Positions 51,087 through 64,000 of a stretch of 64,000 nucleotides of DNA are shown here, piece by piece; the stretch's first letter is position 1, and every line of letters starts with the position of its first letter. This DNA comes from Somniosus microcephalus (Eukaryota). Where the stretch lies: positions 78,740,001 through 78,804,000 of the forward strand of contig CM126212.1 in the NCBI GenBank assembly GCA_052327205.1. Reading direction: 5' to 3'. A model generated the notes under the pieces. The model did not search any database, was not told the origin of the DNA, and saw nothing but the letters and a program-made list of their open reading frames with translations. A program made the position numbers and the translations under genes.

Positions 51087-52405
51087 GGGGGCGATTTTCC
51101 CACTGGAGGCGAGATGGAGGCGGGTTTCAGTTTGGGTGGGTTTGAAACTCGCCTCCGCTGATAGGTTTCAAAAATTTGCGATTTTCCCATGATTGGCCAC
51201 TTGATTTCAGAGGTGTGGGATGCCCTTGCTCAAACAGTGTTTTGGGACTGAAACTCGCCTCTGTTGACAGCACTTTTCCAGTCTGATTTTATGGCTTCCT
51301 GCTCCCTTGGCTCATTCCACAGCATTTCTGCATCTCCTGCACTACCTCCAACATCTTTTTGGAAACCACTATGTCCAATTCCAAGGCAAGGGCCTATCCG
51401 AGGCTTTCGGAGGAGGTGCTGCAAATGTTGTTGGAGGGGGTGACAGCTAGCACGAGGTGCTCTTCCACTCATCTCGGAGGAAGGAGCCTGCCAAAGAAAC
51501 CAAGGCTGTGTGGGTACAGCTGACAAGGGACATAACCTCCAGATCCGTGTGCAGATTGGTAGATTGTTTATGTGTATTGATGAAATGCCATCCCTGTTGG
51601 AAAGCATTAAAATAATTTGAAGCCAAAATGTTGGCGTTATGCCATCTGTTCTTTTGGCTTAGGCAGCTCCACATTGCGGGCACTGCCACACTTACATTGT
51701 CAGGCTGGTGACCTGAGTGAAAGGAGGCCAGAGAGTCATGTCCATTGTCAATGATGTCCTAGGATGGAGCAAAGGACATGTGCCAACTTGGGCAACCTAT
51801 GCAAATCTGGCCATGATAAGTTCTTGCATCACGTGCTGCCGCTGCCGCTGGTCGATACACCTGACCTCCTCCTCCTCCTCCTCCAGATCCTCCTCCTCCT
51901 CCTCCACATCCTCATCTGAGGTCCATGCAGAAAGAAAACGAATGGTTCCCATGCTGTTTGTAGATGCCTCCTTTGGGGAAGCGCTCATTGCAAGCGGGGA
52001 GATGGTCTTCCAAGGAGGTCCCACAGTTGACGGAGTCAAGCTGTCGCACCTCCAACTTTGGAAGGCCTTCTAAAAGTGCTCAGAGACCTTTTAAAGCCAA
52101 GGTCTAGCACCTGCAAGTAATCCTTGCTGCAGTGAACGAGGTCTTGTTAGACCTGCAGCAGTGAGGAGGCTACCCACTAGACAACCTGCCAGGTTTACCT
52201 GGCGTGGTTCAGGAGGTGCGTGGAGCACACCGAAAAGCTGGAAAAATCACAAGGGCCTCTCAAAATAGGCTTAGAGAGGGCCTTAACGAGCATTTAAGGA
52301 TCTTTAATAGCTCAATGGCCAGCTGGAAGTGGAAACGTTTCCCGACCTCCAAAACTGGCACCGGTAAAATCTCACGGAGGTGGGTTCCGAATCCGACCCC
52401 TTTGA
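51087..52405. mobile_element. Heavily deleted Harbinger (subfamily A)
   Basis: Left TIR gggggcgattttcc; Myb start at 51371 (MSNSKARAYPRLSEEVLQMLL); fused transposase termini at 51797-51952 (minus). Confidence 0.8.
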
Positions 52406-52410
52406 ATCTG

Positions 52411-52650
52411 ATTTTTATTTTATTCGTTCATGGGATCTGGGCGTCGCTGGCAAGGCCAGCATTTATTGCCCATCCCTAATTGTCCTTGAGAAGGTGGTGG
52501 TGAGCCACCTTCTTGAACCGCTGCAGCCCATTTGGTGAAGATACTCCCACAGTGCTGTTAGGGAGGGAGTTCCAGGATTTTGACCCAGCGACGATGAAGG
52601 AATGGCAATATACTTCCAAGTCAGGATGGTGTGTGACTTGGAGTGGAACT
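52411..52650 (-). mobile_element. LINE 3' end fragment
   Basis: Minus translation contains WNSLPNSTVG..LQRFKK, followed by an A-rich tail. Confidence 0.7.
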
Positions 52651-52789
52651 TGGAGTAGGGCTAAATCAATCTTGACTTATCATAACTTAAACTAAAGCAT
52701 TAGGGAGGAGTGGTGGAAGCGAATAGTATAGATGCATTTAAGGGGAAGCTAGATAAGCATATGAGGGAGAAGGGAATAGAGGGTTATAA

Positions 52790-55195
52790 GAACATAAGAA
52801 GTCAGGGCAGGAGTAGGCCATACAGCCCCTCGAGCCTGCTCTGCCATTCAATAAGATCATGGCTGATCATCGCCCTCAACTCCATTTTCCTGTCCGATCT
52901 CCATATCCCTTGATTCCCCTAGAGTTCAAAAATCTATCTATCTCAGCCTTGAATATACTCAAAGACTCAGCATTCACAGCCCTCTGGGATAGAGAATTCC
53001 AAAGATTCACAACCCTCTGAGTGAAGAAATTCCTCCTCATCTCAGTCTTAAATGGCCTACCCTTTATCCTGAGACTATGCCCCCTAGTTCTCGACACTCC
53101 AGCCAGGGGAAACAACCTCTCAGCATCTACCCTGTCAATCCCCTTCAGAATCTTGTATGTTTCAATGAGATCACCTCTCATTCTTCTAAACTCCAGCGAG
53201 TATAGGCCCATTCTAGACAATCTCTCATCATAGGACAACCCGCTCATCCCAGGAATCAACCTTCATTGCACCGCCTCCAAGGCAAGTATGTCCTTCCTTA
53301 GATAAGGAGACCAAAACTGTGCACAGTACTCCAGGTGTGGTCTCACCAAGGCCCTGTACAATTGTAGCAAGACTTCCTTACTCTTATACTCCAACCCCCC
53401 TTGCAATAAAGGCCAACATGCCATTTTCCTTCCTTGTTGCTTGCTGTACCTACATGCTAGCTTTCTGTGCTTCTTGCACGAGGACACCCAAATCTCTCTG
53501 AACACCAACATTTGAAAGTTTCTCACCATTTAAAAAATATTCTGTTTTTCTTTTCTTCCTACCAAAGTGAATAACCTCACATTTCCCTACATTATACTCC
53601 ATCTGCCACCTTACTGCCCACTCACTTAGTCTATCTATAGCCCTTTGCAGACTCTTTGGGCTGGATTTTCATTGAGGAGTCGGGTAGGAGGTGAGACTAC
53701 AACTTTTGGGGTTGTAGTCCCGCCTCCATCATGTTCTAGCCAACCCACACGATTTTGACTTGATTGAACTTGTTGAGCCCACCCAGCGGGCTCAGCAGTC
53801 CAATTAAGGGCCACCCGGCAGCAGGTGACATCAGAAATTGAAATTTCATCTGTCAAGACCTTTTGACAGATGAAATATTAGCGTTTCACAGCTGTTTGAA
53901 GCTGTCAGACACTGACAATCTGTACTCCAGGTTAATTCCTTCCTCTCAGGATGATTTAGAGATCTCCCCGGAACAGAAAGTAGAATGTTGCAGATTTTGA
54001 CAGCTGGCGACCATTCTGCTTTCTGTGCTGGTGAGATGAGGGACTCCCGAGACCTGAAGGAAGGCTATAAAGGTACGTAAAGGTTAGTAGAACTTCTTTA
54101 AACACTTTACACAGACCAAACACACTTACCTCTGCACTCATGCACCCATCACTCACCTGAACACCGGACATCTCGACCCCTCCAAGCACTTCATCCCGAC
54201 GGTCTGCCTTGCTAACTTGGCATGGTTTGGAGCCATCGGGAATCCCACATTTCAACAATGAAAATAGCGATTAGGCTAAAAACTGCCTGTTAACTACCTG
54301 TTAACAGGCAGTTAATTGGCACTAATTCCTTCCCGCCTCGGGGAGGCAGGTCCCAGTGCGGGCGGGTACCCGCCTCCTTTGAAACTGGCATGGAGGCGGG
54401 TTGGGGCGGGATGGGGTCAGGACCCCCGATTTCGGGATTTTAAACCCCCACATGCCTCCAATCCCGACGCCATGGCCCAATGAAAATCCAGCCCTTTGTG
54501 TTCTCGTCACAGCTTACTATCCCACCTAGCTTTGTATCATCAGCAAACTTGGATACACTACACTCGGTCCCTTCATCTAGGTCATTAATATAGATTGTAA
54601 ATAGCTGAGGCCCCAGCACTGATCCTTGCGGCACACCACTAGTTACAGCCTGCCAACCTGAAAAAGATCCGTTTATCCCTACTCTTTGTTTCCTGTCTGT
54701 TAACCAATCCTCTATCCATGCTCTTATATTACCCCCAACCCCATGTGCCCTAATCTTGTTTGCTTATCGTTTATGTGGCACCTTATCGAATGCTTTTTGG
54801 AAATCAAAATATACTACATCCACTGGTTGAGTTTTATCTACCCTGCTAGTTACATCCTCAAAAAACTCTAATAAATTTGTTAAACGCGATTTCCCTTTCA
54901 TAAAACCATGTTGACTCTGCCTAATCATGTTATGATTTTCTAAGTGACTTGATACCACTTCCTTAACAATGGATTCCAGCATTTTCCCGATGACTGATAT
55001 CAGGCTAACTGGCCTGTAGTTCCCTGTTTTTTCTCTCCCTCCTTTCTTGAATAGCAGTGTTACATTTGCGACCTTCCAATCCGCTGGGACCATTTCAGAA
55101 TCTAGGAGATTTTGGAAGATCAAAACCAATGCATCCACTATCTCTTCAGCCACCTCTTCTAGAACCCTAGGATGTAGGCCATCAGGTCCAGGGGA
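52790..55195 (-). mobile_element. 5'-truncated CR1 LINE interrupted by a MITE
   Basis: ORFs 52876-53529 and 54440-55153 with CR1 RT motifs; (aacataag) tail. Confidence 0.92.
53658..54494. mobile_element. 837-bp Harbinger-type non-autonomous element
   Basis: Perfect 17-bp TIR gggctggattttcattg; TTT TSD; removing it restores the CR1 sequence. Confidence 0.92.
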
Positions 55196-56140
55196 TCAAG
55201 TTAGATTAGGAAAGATGGGAGGAGGCTAGGGTGGAGCATATATGCCGGCATGGACTGGTTGGGCCGAATGGCCTGTTTTGTGCTGTATATCCTATGCAAT
55301 CAATTAATAAACTTTACTCAGACTACTCTCAGGTGCATTATACAAGACTTCAGTGTTGATTAGTGCAATTTAGCTCATATTAGGAACATGCTCACACTAA
55401 AATCAAAATGGTGGCAGGCACATGGCAGTTATGCTGGGATTATGTGTATGGAAGCCTAAAGCAGTTGACTGGAATATGTATTGGAGAGAACTGGGCAGTT
55501 TTGACTAGGAATTGTAGAGTATTGCTTTGGTGGTGTGTCTACAGAGCAACCTATGGATTGATCTACCAGAACAACAAGATACCTGCACAAGGAACTTTGG
55601 CCTAGAAATTTGATCATATCAGTAAACGGTTGCACTGGAGGTGGGGCACGGTGTACACACCTGTACACGTGGTCGCAGGGTCCACAAGAAATCTGTGCTG
55701 GGACCTCATTGTAATGAGACAGGCGTGGAGAAAGTGCAACCTGCTTATTGGCTGTGTGTCTGTTTGGGGCTGGGGGTGGAAATCAAGCGTTACTGATGCC
55801 TCTTAAAGGCAGAAGAACAGACTTGAAATTGGCAGTCATGGCTACAAAGGTTGCAGAAAGGTGCACCCAGATTCTCCAATGTAGCTTTGGAGGCCCTAGT
55901 CCAGATGATCAGCAGTAGGAGGGAGATCCCATTCCCCCAGGGGAATAATCCCTCCAGGTAACACCTCTGAAGACAGCGGGAAGAAGTCCAAAGAGGTCAA
56001 TACAAGGGCCTTAGCTTCTAGGACATTGCTGCAATGCCGGAAAAAGTTGAATAACCTCACCAGACTTGTCAAGGTAAGAATCCTAACTTTCAGCTCAACG
56101 ATTCTCTACTGACACCTGCACCAGCTGCAACCCCATTGCT

Positions 56141-56564
56141 ATCAGCCGTGGCTCAGTGGGTAGTACTCTCACTTTTGAGTCAGAAGGTTGTGGGTTCAAG
56201 TCCAACTCCAGCGGCTGGTGCTCCAATGCAGAACTGAGAAAGTGCGGTGCTGTCTTTTGGATGAAATGTTAAACTGAGGCCCGGTCTGATCTCTCAGGTG
56301 GATGTAAACTATTTCAAAAAAGAACAGGGGAGTTATCCCTGGTTTCCTGGCCAATATTTATCCCTCAATCAACATCACTAAAACAGATTATCTGGTCATT
56401 ATCACATTGCTGTTTGTGGGAGCTTGCTCTGCACAAATTAGCTGCTGCATTTCCTACATTGCAACAGTGACTACACTTCAAAAGTACCTCATTGGCTGTA
56501 AAGCACTTTGTGACGTCCTGAGGTCATAGAAGGCGCTATATAAATGCAAGTCTTTCTTTCTTTC
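56141..56564 (+). mobile_element. Near full-length Deu-domain SINE (SacSINE1-like)
   Basis: A/B boxes, Deu-like core, (tttc)n tail. Confidence 0.88.
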
Positions 56565-56989
56565 AGATCACTCTCCTACAATCATTGCACCACACTTCAT
56601 TCCACCTTCTTCTCCTCGTACTCACACTCTCTGTACTTCCTACTCTCACCACTGTTGCACCTCTCACTTCTCCCCACCTCACATTTTGCACACAACATCC
56701 TCTCCATTCTACCATGACAGGTAAATGCTCAAAACGCCTCACAAGGTTAACACCTTGCAGGACAAGGTCGCCCACAACAGCTGAGCCTGCCAGTACATCC
56801 TCCCCCTACTCGAGGGGATAAGTGATGGCCTTGGCGAGTGGGAGCATGGGAAGAGATGTCCCACCAGGTTTCTTCACACCTTATCCTCTTTTTCCCTTCT
56901 CACATCCATCTCACCCTACACACTCTGCATGACAAACTGCAGCTGCTTCCAGCAGCCACTCATCTGTGTCTTTTTACCCTTGACACTAA

Positions 56990-57438
56990 AGAAAGAAAAA
57001 AAGGACTTGCATTTATCTAACGCCTGTCACAACCTCAGGATATCCAGAAGTGCTTTACAGCCAATTAAGTTGTCACATTGTAATTTAGGAAACATGGCAG
57101 CCAAATTGCGCACAGCAAGCTCCCACAAACAGCAATGAAATAAATGACCAGGTGCTCTATTTTAGTTATGTTGGTTGAGGAATAAATACTGGGCAGCACA
57201 CAGGGAAAACTCACCTGCTATTCTCCAGATAGTGCTGTGGGATCTTTAATGTCCACCTGGGAGGACAGATGGGGCCTCAGTTTAGTGCCTCAACTGAAAT
57301 ATGGCACCTCCAACAGTGCAGTACTCCCTCAGTATTGCAGTGAAATGCCAGCCTAGATTATGTGCTCAAGTCCCTGGATTGTGACTTAAACCCATGACCT
57401 CTGACACAGAGGCGAGAGTGCTACCAACTGAGCCAAGG
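56990..57438 (-). mobile_element. Near full-length Deu-domain SINE
   Basis: Reverse complement of the same family, with head gccttggctcagttggtagcactctc. Confidence 0.85.
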
Positions 57439-60400
57439 CTAGCACTGACTCTCTTCCTCCATTTCATTTTGCGTGCAGAAAATGTTGAGGCCCCAGAGCA
57501 CCACATCACTCCTGCAGTCTGTTCTCGTGCAGAGCACTGGGTGTGGTGAGGCACAGCTCCTTGAGAGTGGCAATGATCCAATGAGCTCTGGCAAATAGGG
57601 GGACTGGTGGGCGATGCTATATCTGCTCTTCCTCCTCTTCATGCTACTCCTCCCTTTTCTGCACTTCCTGTCCAATTGGTGGTAAGAGCTGGTCCTGGTG
57701 TTAGCAAAATGATGCAGCATGCAGCACACCACAACACATTTGAGAAATGGTCAGAGGTGTATTGCAGTGATCATCTCAAACGGTCCAGGCAGCAGAACTA
57801 TTGTTTGAGCATGCCAATGGTCTGCTCAATGATATTTCTGAAGGCAGCATGGCTCTCATTGTAGGCCAGCTCTGCATCTGTGCCGGGGTCCTGACAGGTG
57901 CCATGAGGGGATATTCCCTATGGACAAGTAGTCAGCATTTGACCTGGCGGTCTAGTTGGAATAGTGATGGGACAAGTGGACTGGTGCAGGATGAATGAAT
58001 TATGGCTGCTGCCAGGAAACTGGGCACAGACTTGCATGATGTGCTGCTTAAGGCTGCAAACGAGCTGGATGTTGAGGGAGTGATATCCCTTTCTGTTGAG
58101 GAAGATGCCAGGGTGGTGATGGGTAGCACCCAGAACAATTGGAGTGCAGCCTATGACCCCTTGCATCTTGAGGGAGGCTGCAATGCGTGTAAAGCTGATG
58201 TACTCTTGTCCTGCTTTGCCTGGTCCATGGGGCAGGAGATGGAGATGTTCTTCCTGGAGTAGAGAACCTCGGTGATGTCCATGATGCAGCAGTGTACAGC
58301 GAACAGGAAGATGTGAGTCACTGTTGTCACTTGCTGGAGCCTGGACCGACCCTGTGTCATAAAAGTTAAAGGCCACAGTGACCTTGACAGCCACAGGCAG
58401 GGCATTCCATACCCTGGTTCGGGGCACCTGTTGTGGCTGCAGCAGTTGATATAGCTCAGTGACAGCCTCCTTGGTGAAGCAAAGGCACCTCAAATGTTGA
58501 ACCTTGGCCAGCTTGAGATATGAAAAGTGTTTCCTGAAGACCCGCTGTGGGTAGGGCCTCTTACTGTGTCCCCCACCTCCTACCCCAGCCCCAAGGGCAG
58601 ACCTACCAGACCACCCATGAGTGAAATAAAATATTTGTAAAGTAGACAAACAGTCCAGCACCATGAAAAAAGTTATTCCCTGAACTGACAATGTTAGTAC
58701 CTGTAATGGAATAGAGAAAATATTGAAACAAAGGCCCAGATATTGATTAGTAGCCTAACAGGACAAAGCAGCAACTAGCCTGTACGGAGGCGTGAGCCCT
58801 TTAAATAGCAACCTGCAGGGTCCTTGCTGACTGTTAGAGCCGCCATTTGCTGGGTGAGTTTATCACGTGGCGAGTCAGGCAATGTGTCAGACCAATTTTG
58901 CAAAAGGGTCCTAAAACCAGTGCAGGGCCCTTTTTAAATATGATAATGAGCTTTCTGAATGCTTCAGAATGCGCGACCTGGAGGCCTTCACCCAAACCAA
59001 TATCGTGCTCGCCTCACTTCCGCTGTGGGATGGATTGCACGTGCACCGCCCATCATACTGGACCCTTAGGTGCCCTTTTCTAGACTCATATTTAGAGTCT
59101 ACTGTGTCTTTAGGGGGCACTTCAAGCTGTCATTGAGAAACAGAGAGAGAGAGAGCAGCTTATGTGGAAGCCTGTTACACAGGGATGCCATCTTCAGGGA
59201 ACCATTTTATATAAGCAATAACAGTAAGGATTCAGGGCTGGAAACGATTCGAGGTGTGAGTTTGCAACTGAGGGGTTTATACTGGTTTTGACTCAAACTA
59301 AACAAAACCCTGAACCCGAGCTGGTTCATTCATTCTAATTTTGAAGTTGCTTAAGTGTCAGTACAAACACTTAATCATAATAAACACAAAATTACTCATT
59401 CCAAGCGGAGATAGTTTACCCTACAAGCATGCATAATAAATCATACATGGACTCTGCCAGCACAAGGCTCTCAGGTCTGTTATATCATGTCAGTACATTA
59501 CAATAATGAGAGTTCAGAAAATACAGCACCCTATTGATTTTTAAGCCAAATAATTTCAATTTGCTTCAGTTTACAAGAGTGCGCACAGAGTTTACAAGCC
59601 AAAAAAGCTGAAAATGACTTGTGTTGACTTACCACTTCAGAAGTCTAGACTCAGGTGAACAGAGCATTGTCATATAAAACTCTCCTTAATTGTCTTAAAG
59701 CTAAAGATCAACAGCTTCTAAAAACAAACAGTATCAAAACCCGTGTGCAAAGAACTGTGAAAAAAATAGCCACGTTTTCTACTGTTTGTATGGTGGCAGA
59801 AATGTGAGCCTTATTGTATAGAATCTGGCTCAATTAATTTTCACTCCCGAAAAATACTTTAATATAGTTGGAGCTTTCCCTTTCCGACTAAATTTGATTA
59901 GGTGCACTTGAAAATGATATATATTTTAAGAAAAGTAAACCAAAAAAAAAAAATCCCTTTACTGTTTGATTAAATTATGGGCAAGTGGGAAGTGGTTAAA
60001 AGCGGCTAAAATTGTAAAAGTTCATCTTCATTCTGAAAATGTATTTTAGCTTCCAGTCTGATGCTATTTAACATTTGATAACAATGGAAGGAACCAGAAA
60101 TGACACTTGATGAGGATCAGAGAAGCGGACAGCCCAGATGATTGCCTGATGTAAACTTTCAGTACATCAGACCAATTACTACAACACCATAAGACATATT
60201 TCTCAGTGATATTGTATATCCCTATCACAAACATAGCTATCCCCCTGTGAAACCTCACAAATGTAATTAACCACCGCGAGATATTATAATCGGGATTATC
60301 CGCCGTGAAACATTAGTAATGTGATCATTCCTGTGAGACACTGTAACCGTGGTTATGGCCCCAACCTCACAAATGGCAATGTGCCCGAAACATTACAATA

Positions 60401-62434
60401 TGCCATTCCCCCCGGAACTATCATAAATGTGGTCACCTACCAGCTATTTTACAGAAGTTGCCAGACGTTCCATTGATTCACACTATGCAAGCTTTATTTA
60501 AAAGTTACCTATTTATACTTTCAGACAGAGTTCTAAACTCCGAATCTCTCTCCATCACAAAAATACGAAATGGATGTCATCAAATTGCACATGTAAAATG
60601 CACTGAACAAATCTGCATTATCTACTACATTCAAAATTTAAAAAAAAGTCTACCCGTACCGATAACTCCAGCTATCTGATCCAAATACACAACGTCAGTA
60701 CACCAAGCCACTTCGAACCACTTCCAATGCCTGGAATTTCTCTTCTATGCAGAAGAGTTAAATATAAAAGTCTAACCCTGGCAACTGACGTCCCTAATTA
60801 TGCAGTTTGTGGTACTTAACTCACTCAATACTGTCAAACCCGCTGTCACTTATCATCTACAGACAAAAGCATCATTTACAAGTCACATCAATTTGGTGTA
60901 AAATATGTTTTTGTTACCTGTTTTCGATGTTAATGTTGAGATTGAATTTCAGAGTGGGTGGTTAACTAGATTATAGTACAAAGATTTAAAAATTGCTCAA
61001 TTTTATCAGGAGTTTACACAAAATCAGAATTAACCACATTTAATAAGTAGCTATCCATCCACCAGTATTCAACTACAATAAAAAAAAAACTTAAAAAAGG
61101 ATAGAACTTTGAACAAAATGATCTCTACCTCCATATCCCTTCCTATAAGTATACTGAACCTTACTGCACATCCTCCAATACATGCCTCTTACAGAAATGA
61201 CTCTTCACTGTTCAATCCAAGTATATTACAGTTAAATTGAAGAAACAATGAAAATTCTTAAAGATCATATTTATTATTTTCTGCATCAAATTAAATTAGG
61301 CTAAGGGATAGCCGAATATATCAATGTTAATTTGTGTCAACTGAAAATTCAGAGTAAGAGAATAAAGTTTCATGGCAAACAGGTTGTTCATCATCAAATT
61401 TTCTTTGTGTTTCAAATGTTTCAAAAATCTCGAAAGATAAAAATGCATATCAAACATATTTTCTTTTTAAGTGTACCTTTCTTATTCTCTTTGTTTCTTG
61501 CTAAAACCAGAAACACTCGTCATTTTCTCCATTCTCCTGTACGTTGACAGTACTGGCAGAATTCATGTCTCTTTTATTTCGAAACTCAAAAATTCTTGTG
61601 TTCTTGAATTCGACAGTTTATCCTGTTGTAGCGACAGATGGTCGTACAGGGAAGAGCATGAAAATACTAAATACTTTATAAGCCCAGCAGAGTTTCAGAT
61701 GCACTGTGCTCCATACTTTGACACACAGGCAATGCAATTTCTCCTTTGTAGTCTAACCAATGTTATTGTAACCCTTTGAGAAATATGTTAGCAATTCAAA
61801 ACATTGCTTTGCGATTTTACAACACAGGTTACTCTTTGTATCTTTACACCCCATTAAAAAGATTCAGCATCTTAATTTGATCAGATACATTCTTGCTGCT
61901 GGTAATAAATAAGTAGCGATAATAATAAAAATAATCAAAAAAGCACAATTGACTGCTCCAAAATGCTATGGTAATACAATACTCATAGCTACAAAACTGG
62001 ATGGGAATAAGGGAATCAATGTGAACAATGAAGCATTATTTAAGCATTCAGCACAGTGTGAAACTCATATAATTAAAAAATATAAATGCAGCACACTTCA
62101 ATACATACTCAATCCTCACAGGGTTAACACTCACAGGTACAAGACACACAGCTTCCAAGCACATAATGTTCTGCATTGTTACGTTGCATCCCTCTGCCAT
62201 TCATTCCAGCAGTTCTACAAATCCCATCCTCATAACCACGCTAACAGTCACACACAAACACTAACCTTTCCGTATTAATTTATGTTCTGCAATTCAGCAG
62301 AAACAAAAGCAACGCAGGAACAGCAGCTATTCAGTGTCACATTGTCCCAAAAGCATCCCCAACAATGAGCTTTGCAATTCAGCCCCCTCGCTCGCAAGCT
62401 GTCCTTAATTGTTTAAAGTCTTCCTCTGCCTTAC

Positions 62435-62510
62435 CTGAAGGGCATCTCCCATGACTGCAATTAGCTGCCAAGATTTCATTGTCGGCTGTGAAATGCCTCC
62501 TGTTCCCTCA
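62435..62510 (-). other. Candidate host-gene exon (76 nt), gene unidentified
   Basis: Long polypyrimidine tract with ctcctag acceptor, CAG|gtaagg donor, one open frame (EGTGGISQPTMKSWQLIAVMGDALQ), in non-repetitive DNA. Confidence 0.5.
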
Positions 62511-63495
62511 CTAGGAGAACCAGAGAGGTAGGGGAAGGAATGAGAAATACCCACGTGCTGGCAATATAAATGACTACAGACATCTGTCGCACTTGCTGTG
62601 CATTTACTCTGTTCTGCTCCTCTGCCTCCCTTACAATGTTTGGATCAGGTACTGAATGCTCTTAGCCTGGCCCACAAAAAAGGAAAGATCGCAAAAAGGG
62701 CCAGGAGCAAAATATAACAGGTCTCCTCCACTGGGCTGAGGCCAATCTTTTATTACATATCCTGCATCACAAAGACACCCAATCCAGCCTCCTCAAGCCA
62801 CTCCAAGGGAAATGACAGTACCTGAACCATTGAACTATCTATTTCTGCTGCATGTGGCTCTTCCTTGTTCTTTCAAGCATTAAATATGCACCACATGACA
62901 GAATAGGGCACCTTGTACAGTCTGTTATGTCCACACATGGAAGCCAATTTACACTTAAGCTGTAAATATTCCAACGCAGGCTAACAGTATCTGTTATTAT
63001 TTAGGGCTTCCCCAACTCGACTTGAACTCTAATCGAGAATATAGCAGTCCCTAGTACATTTTCTCATCCTTCAACATTAATCCATAAAATCATCTTAATA
63101 CACAGCAACACAATCCTAAGTCCTGCCTGACTAATTTAAAACACATTGTTTGGCTTCTTTACACAGTTTTCTTTTTATGACCACAAAATGTGATACTTAA
63201 TGTTCTCCAGATTACTCTGTTAACGTCACTTGTTGGTGGTCCTTAACAGGTCTAGTTTGGTAACCTAAACAATCTCTTTATATATGACATTTGATGACCC
63301 TTTTTGTAATGTAGCAAGGAAGTTTAATGGAGCAGATGAAAAACTATATGGTGATTTATGATAACTGTTCTTAGGTCATACCTACTATCAGACAGCATCC
63401 CCAACAGACAAGAAGTCTGATTGCTGTTAGAGCTGGGTTGCCAAATTTTTGTTGCAGACATTAATTTTACAAGTAACCAATTATTACTCAATTAA

Positions 63496-63693
63496 GGGAG
63501 AAAGGCAACGTTAACAGTTCAGGTCGATCATCTTCCGTCAGAACCCAGAATGTTCTGACAAAAGGTTATTGACCTGAAGCGTTAACCCTACCTTCCCCTC
63601 GCCACAGATGTTACCTGACCTGCTGAGTGTTTCCAGCATTTTCTGTTTTTATTTCAGATTTCCAGCATCCGCAGTATTTTGCTTTTGGTTTTA
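63496..63693. mobile_element. Older Penelope-like pLTR hairpin insertion
   Basis: Homologous to 47741-47971; short inverted arm; ~13-bp TSD attactcaattaa / attaatcaattaa. Confidence 0.7.
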
Positions 63694-63943
63694 ATTAATC
63701 AATTAAATCCTTGTATTTTTCTATCCTGACAAATGTTACACTTTTTCACCTTTGAGCAAACTTGCAATAGTAACTCATAGATTTTTTAAAGAATTTTAAA
63801 CTTGCTATAATTCTGAGCCTCAATATTTTAACCCTTTGAATATTGAATGTTATTTTTGTAGCTGTTCCAGCAGGAATATTTTCTATATTTATAGAAATTT
63901 GTAAATGTAGAGCGTTTGTAAAATTAAGTTTCGGTGACAACTC

Positions 63944-64000
63944 GGCCTAGAAATTGGGTTTTGGTCTTGCCAGGGCTGTAGCGCCAGAAAGTTTGCGCCA
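63944..64000. mobile_element. Start of another Harbinger-type element (runs off the window)
   Basis: ggcctagaaatt terminus, as at 55599. Confidence 0.5.

Larger units (their letters stand above)
55599..59100. mobile_element. Old Harbinger (subfamily B) with two SINE insertions; right end uncertain
   Basis: Left end ggcctagaaattt; Myb exon 1 ~55839-56073 (APRFSNVALEALV..QCRKKLNNL|gtaag), exon 2 remnant DKVAHN at 56761; minus transposase ~57560-58618 (MGGLVGLP, NRKGYHSLNIQL, FPGSSHNSFIL). Confidence 0.8.

Noticed and set aside
62552-62570. CACGTG plus TATAAA as a promoter
   Set aside because: TATA faces the plus strand with no downstream gene evidence; such motifs are common in AT-rich DNA

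Overview
Eukaryotic, repeat-dominated DNA, most likely from a cartilaginous fish (shark). The basis is Deu-domain SacSINE1-like SINEs, an HE1-like SINE tail and CR1/HER1-type LINEs, recognised from recall and not from a database search. I could not identify any intact host protein-coding gene. The window looks intronic or intergenic, with one candidate minus-strand exon (62435-62510) in a TE-poor AT-rich zone at the right end. Main contents: (i) at least seven coding PIF/Harbinger copies or remnants of two subfamilies (spliced Myb/SANT-like gene convergent with a HARBI1-type DDE transposase), plus many Harbinger-type MITEs with 3-bp TSDs, one hosting a ~2.3 kb G-rich minisatellite; (ii) a near-intact CsRn1-clade Gypsy element nested in a full-length CR1, a related solo LTR, and an integrase-only Gypsy derivative; (iii) three short Penelope-like insertions with 13-14 bp TSDs carrying minimal hammerhead-ribozyme-like cores, two as inverted hairpins; (iv) many CR1, L2 and SINE fragments. 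All TE coding regions are disrupted. Coordinates were counted by hand and some boundaries are approximate.
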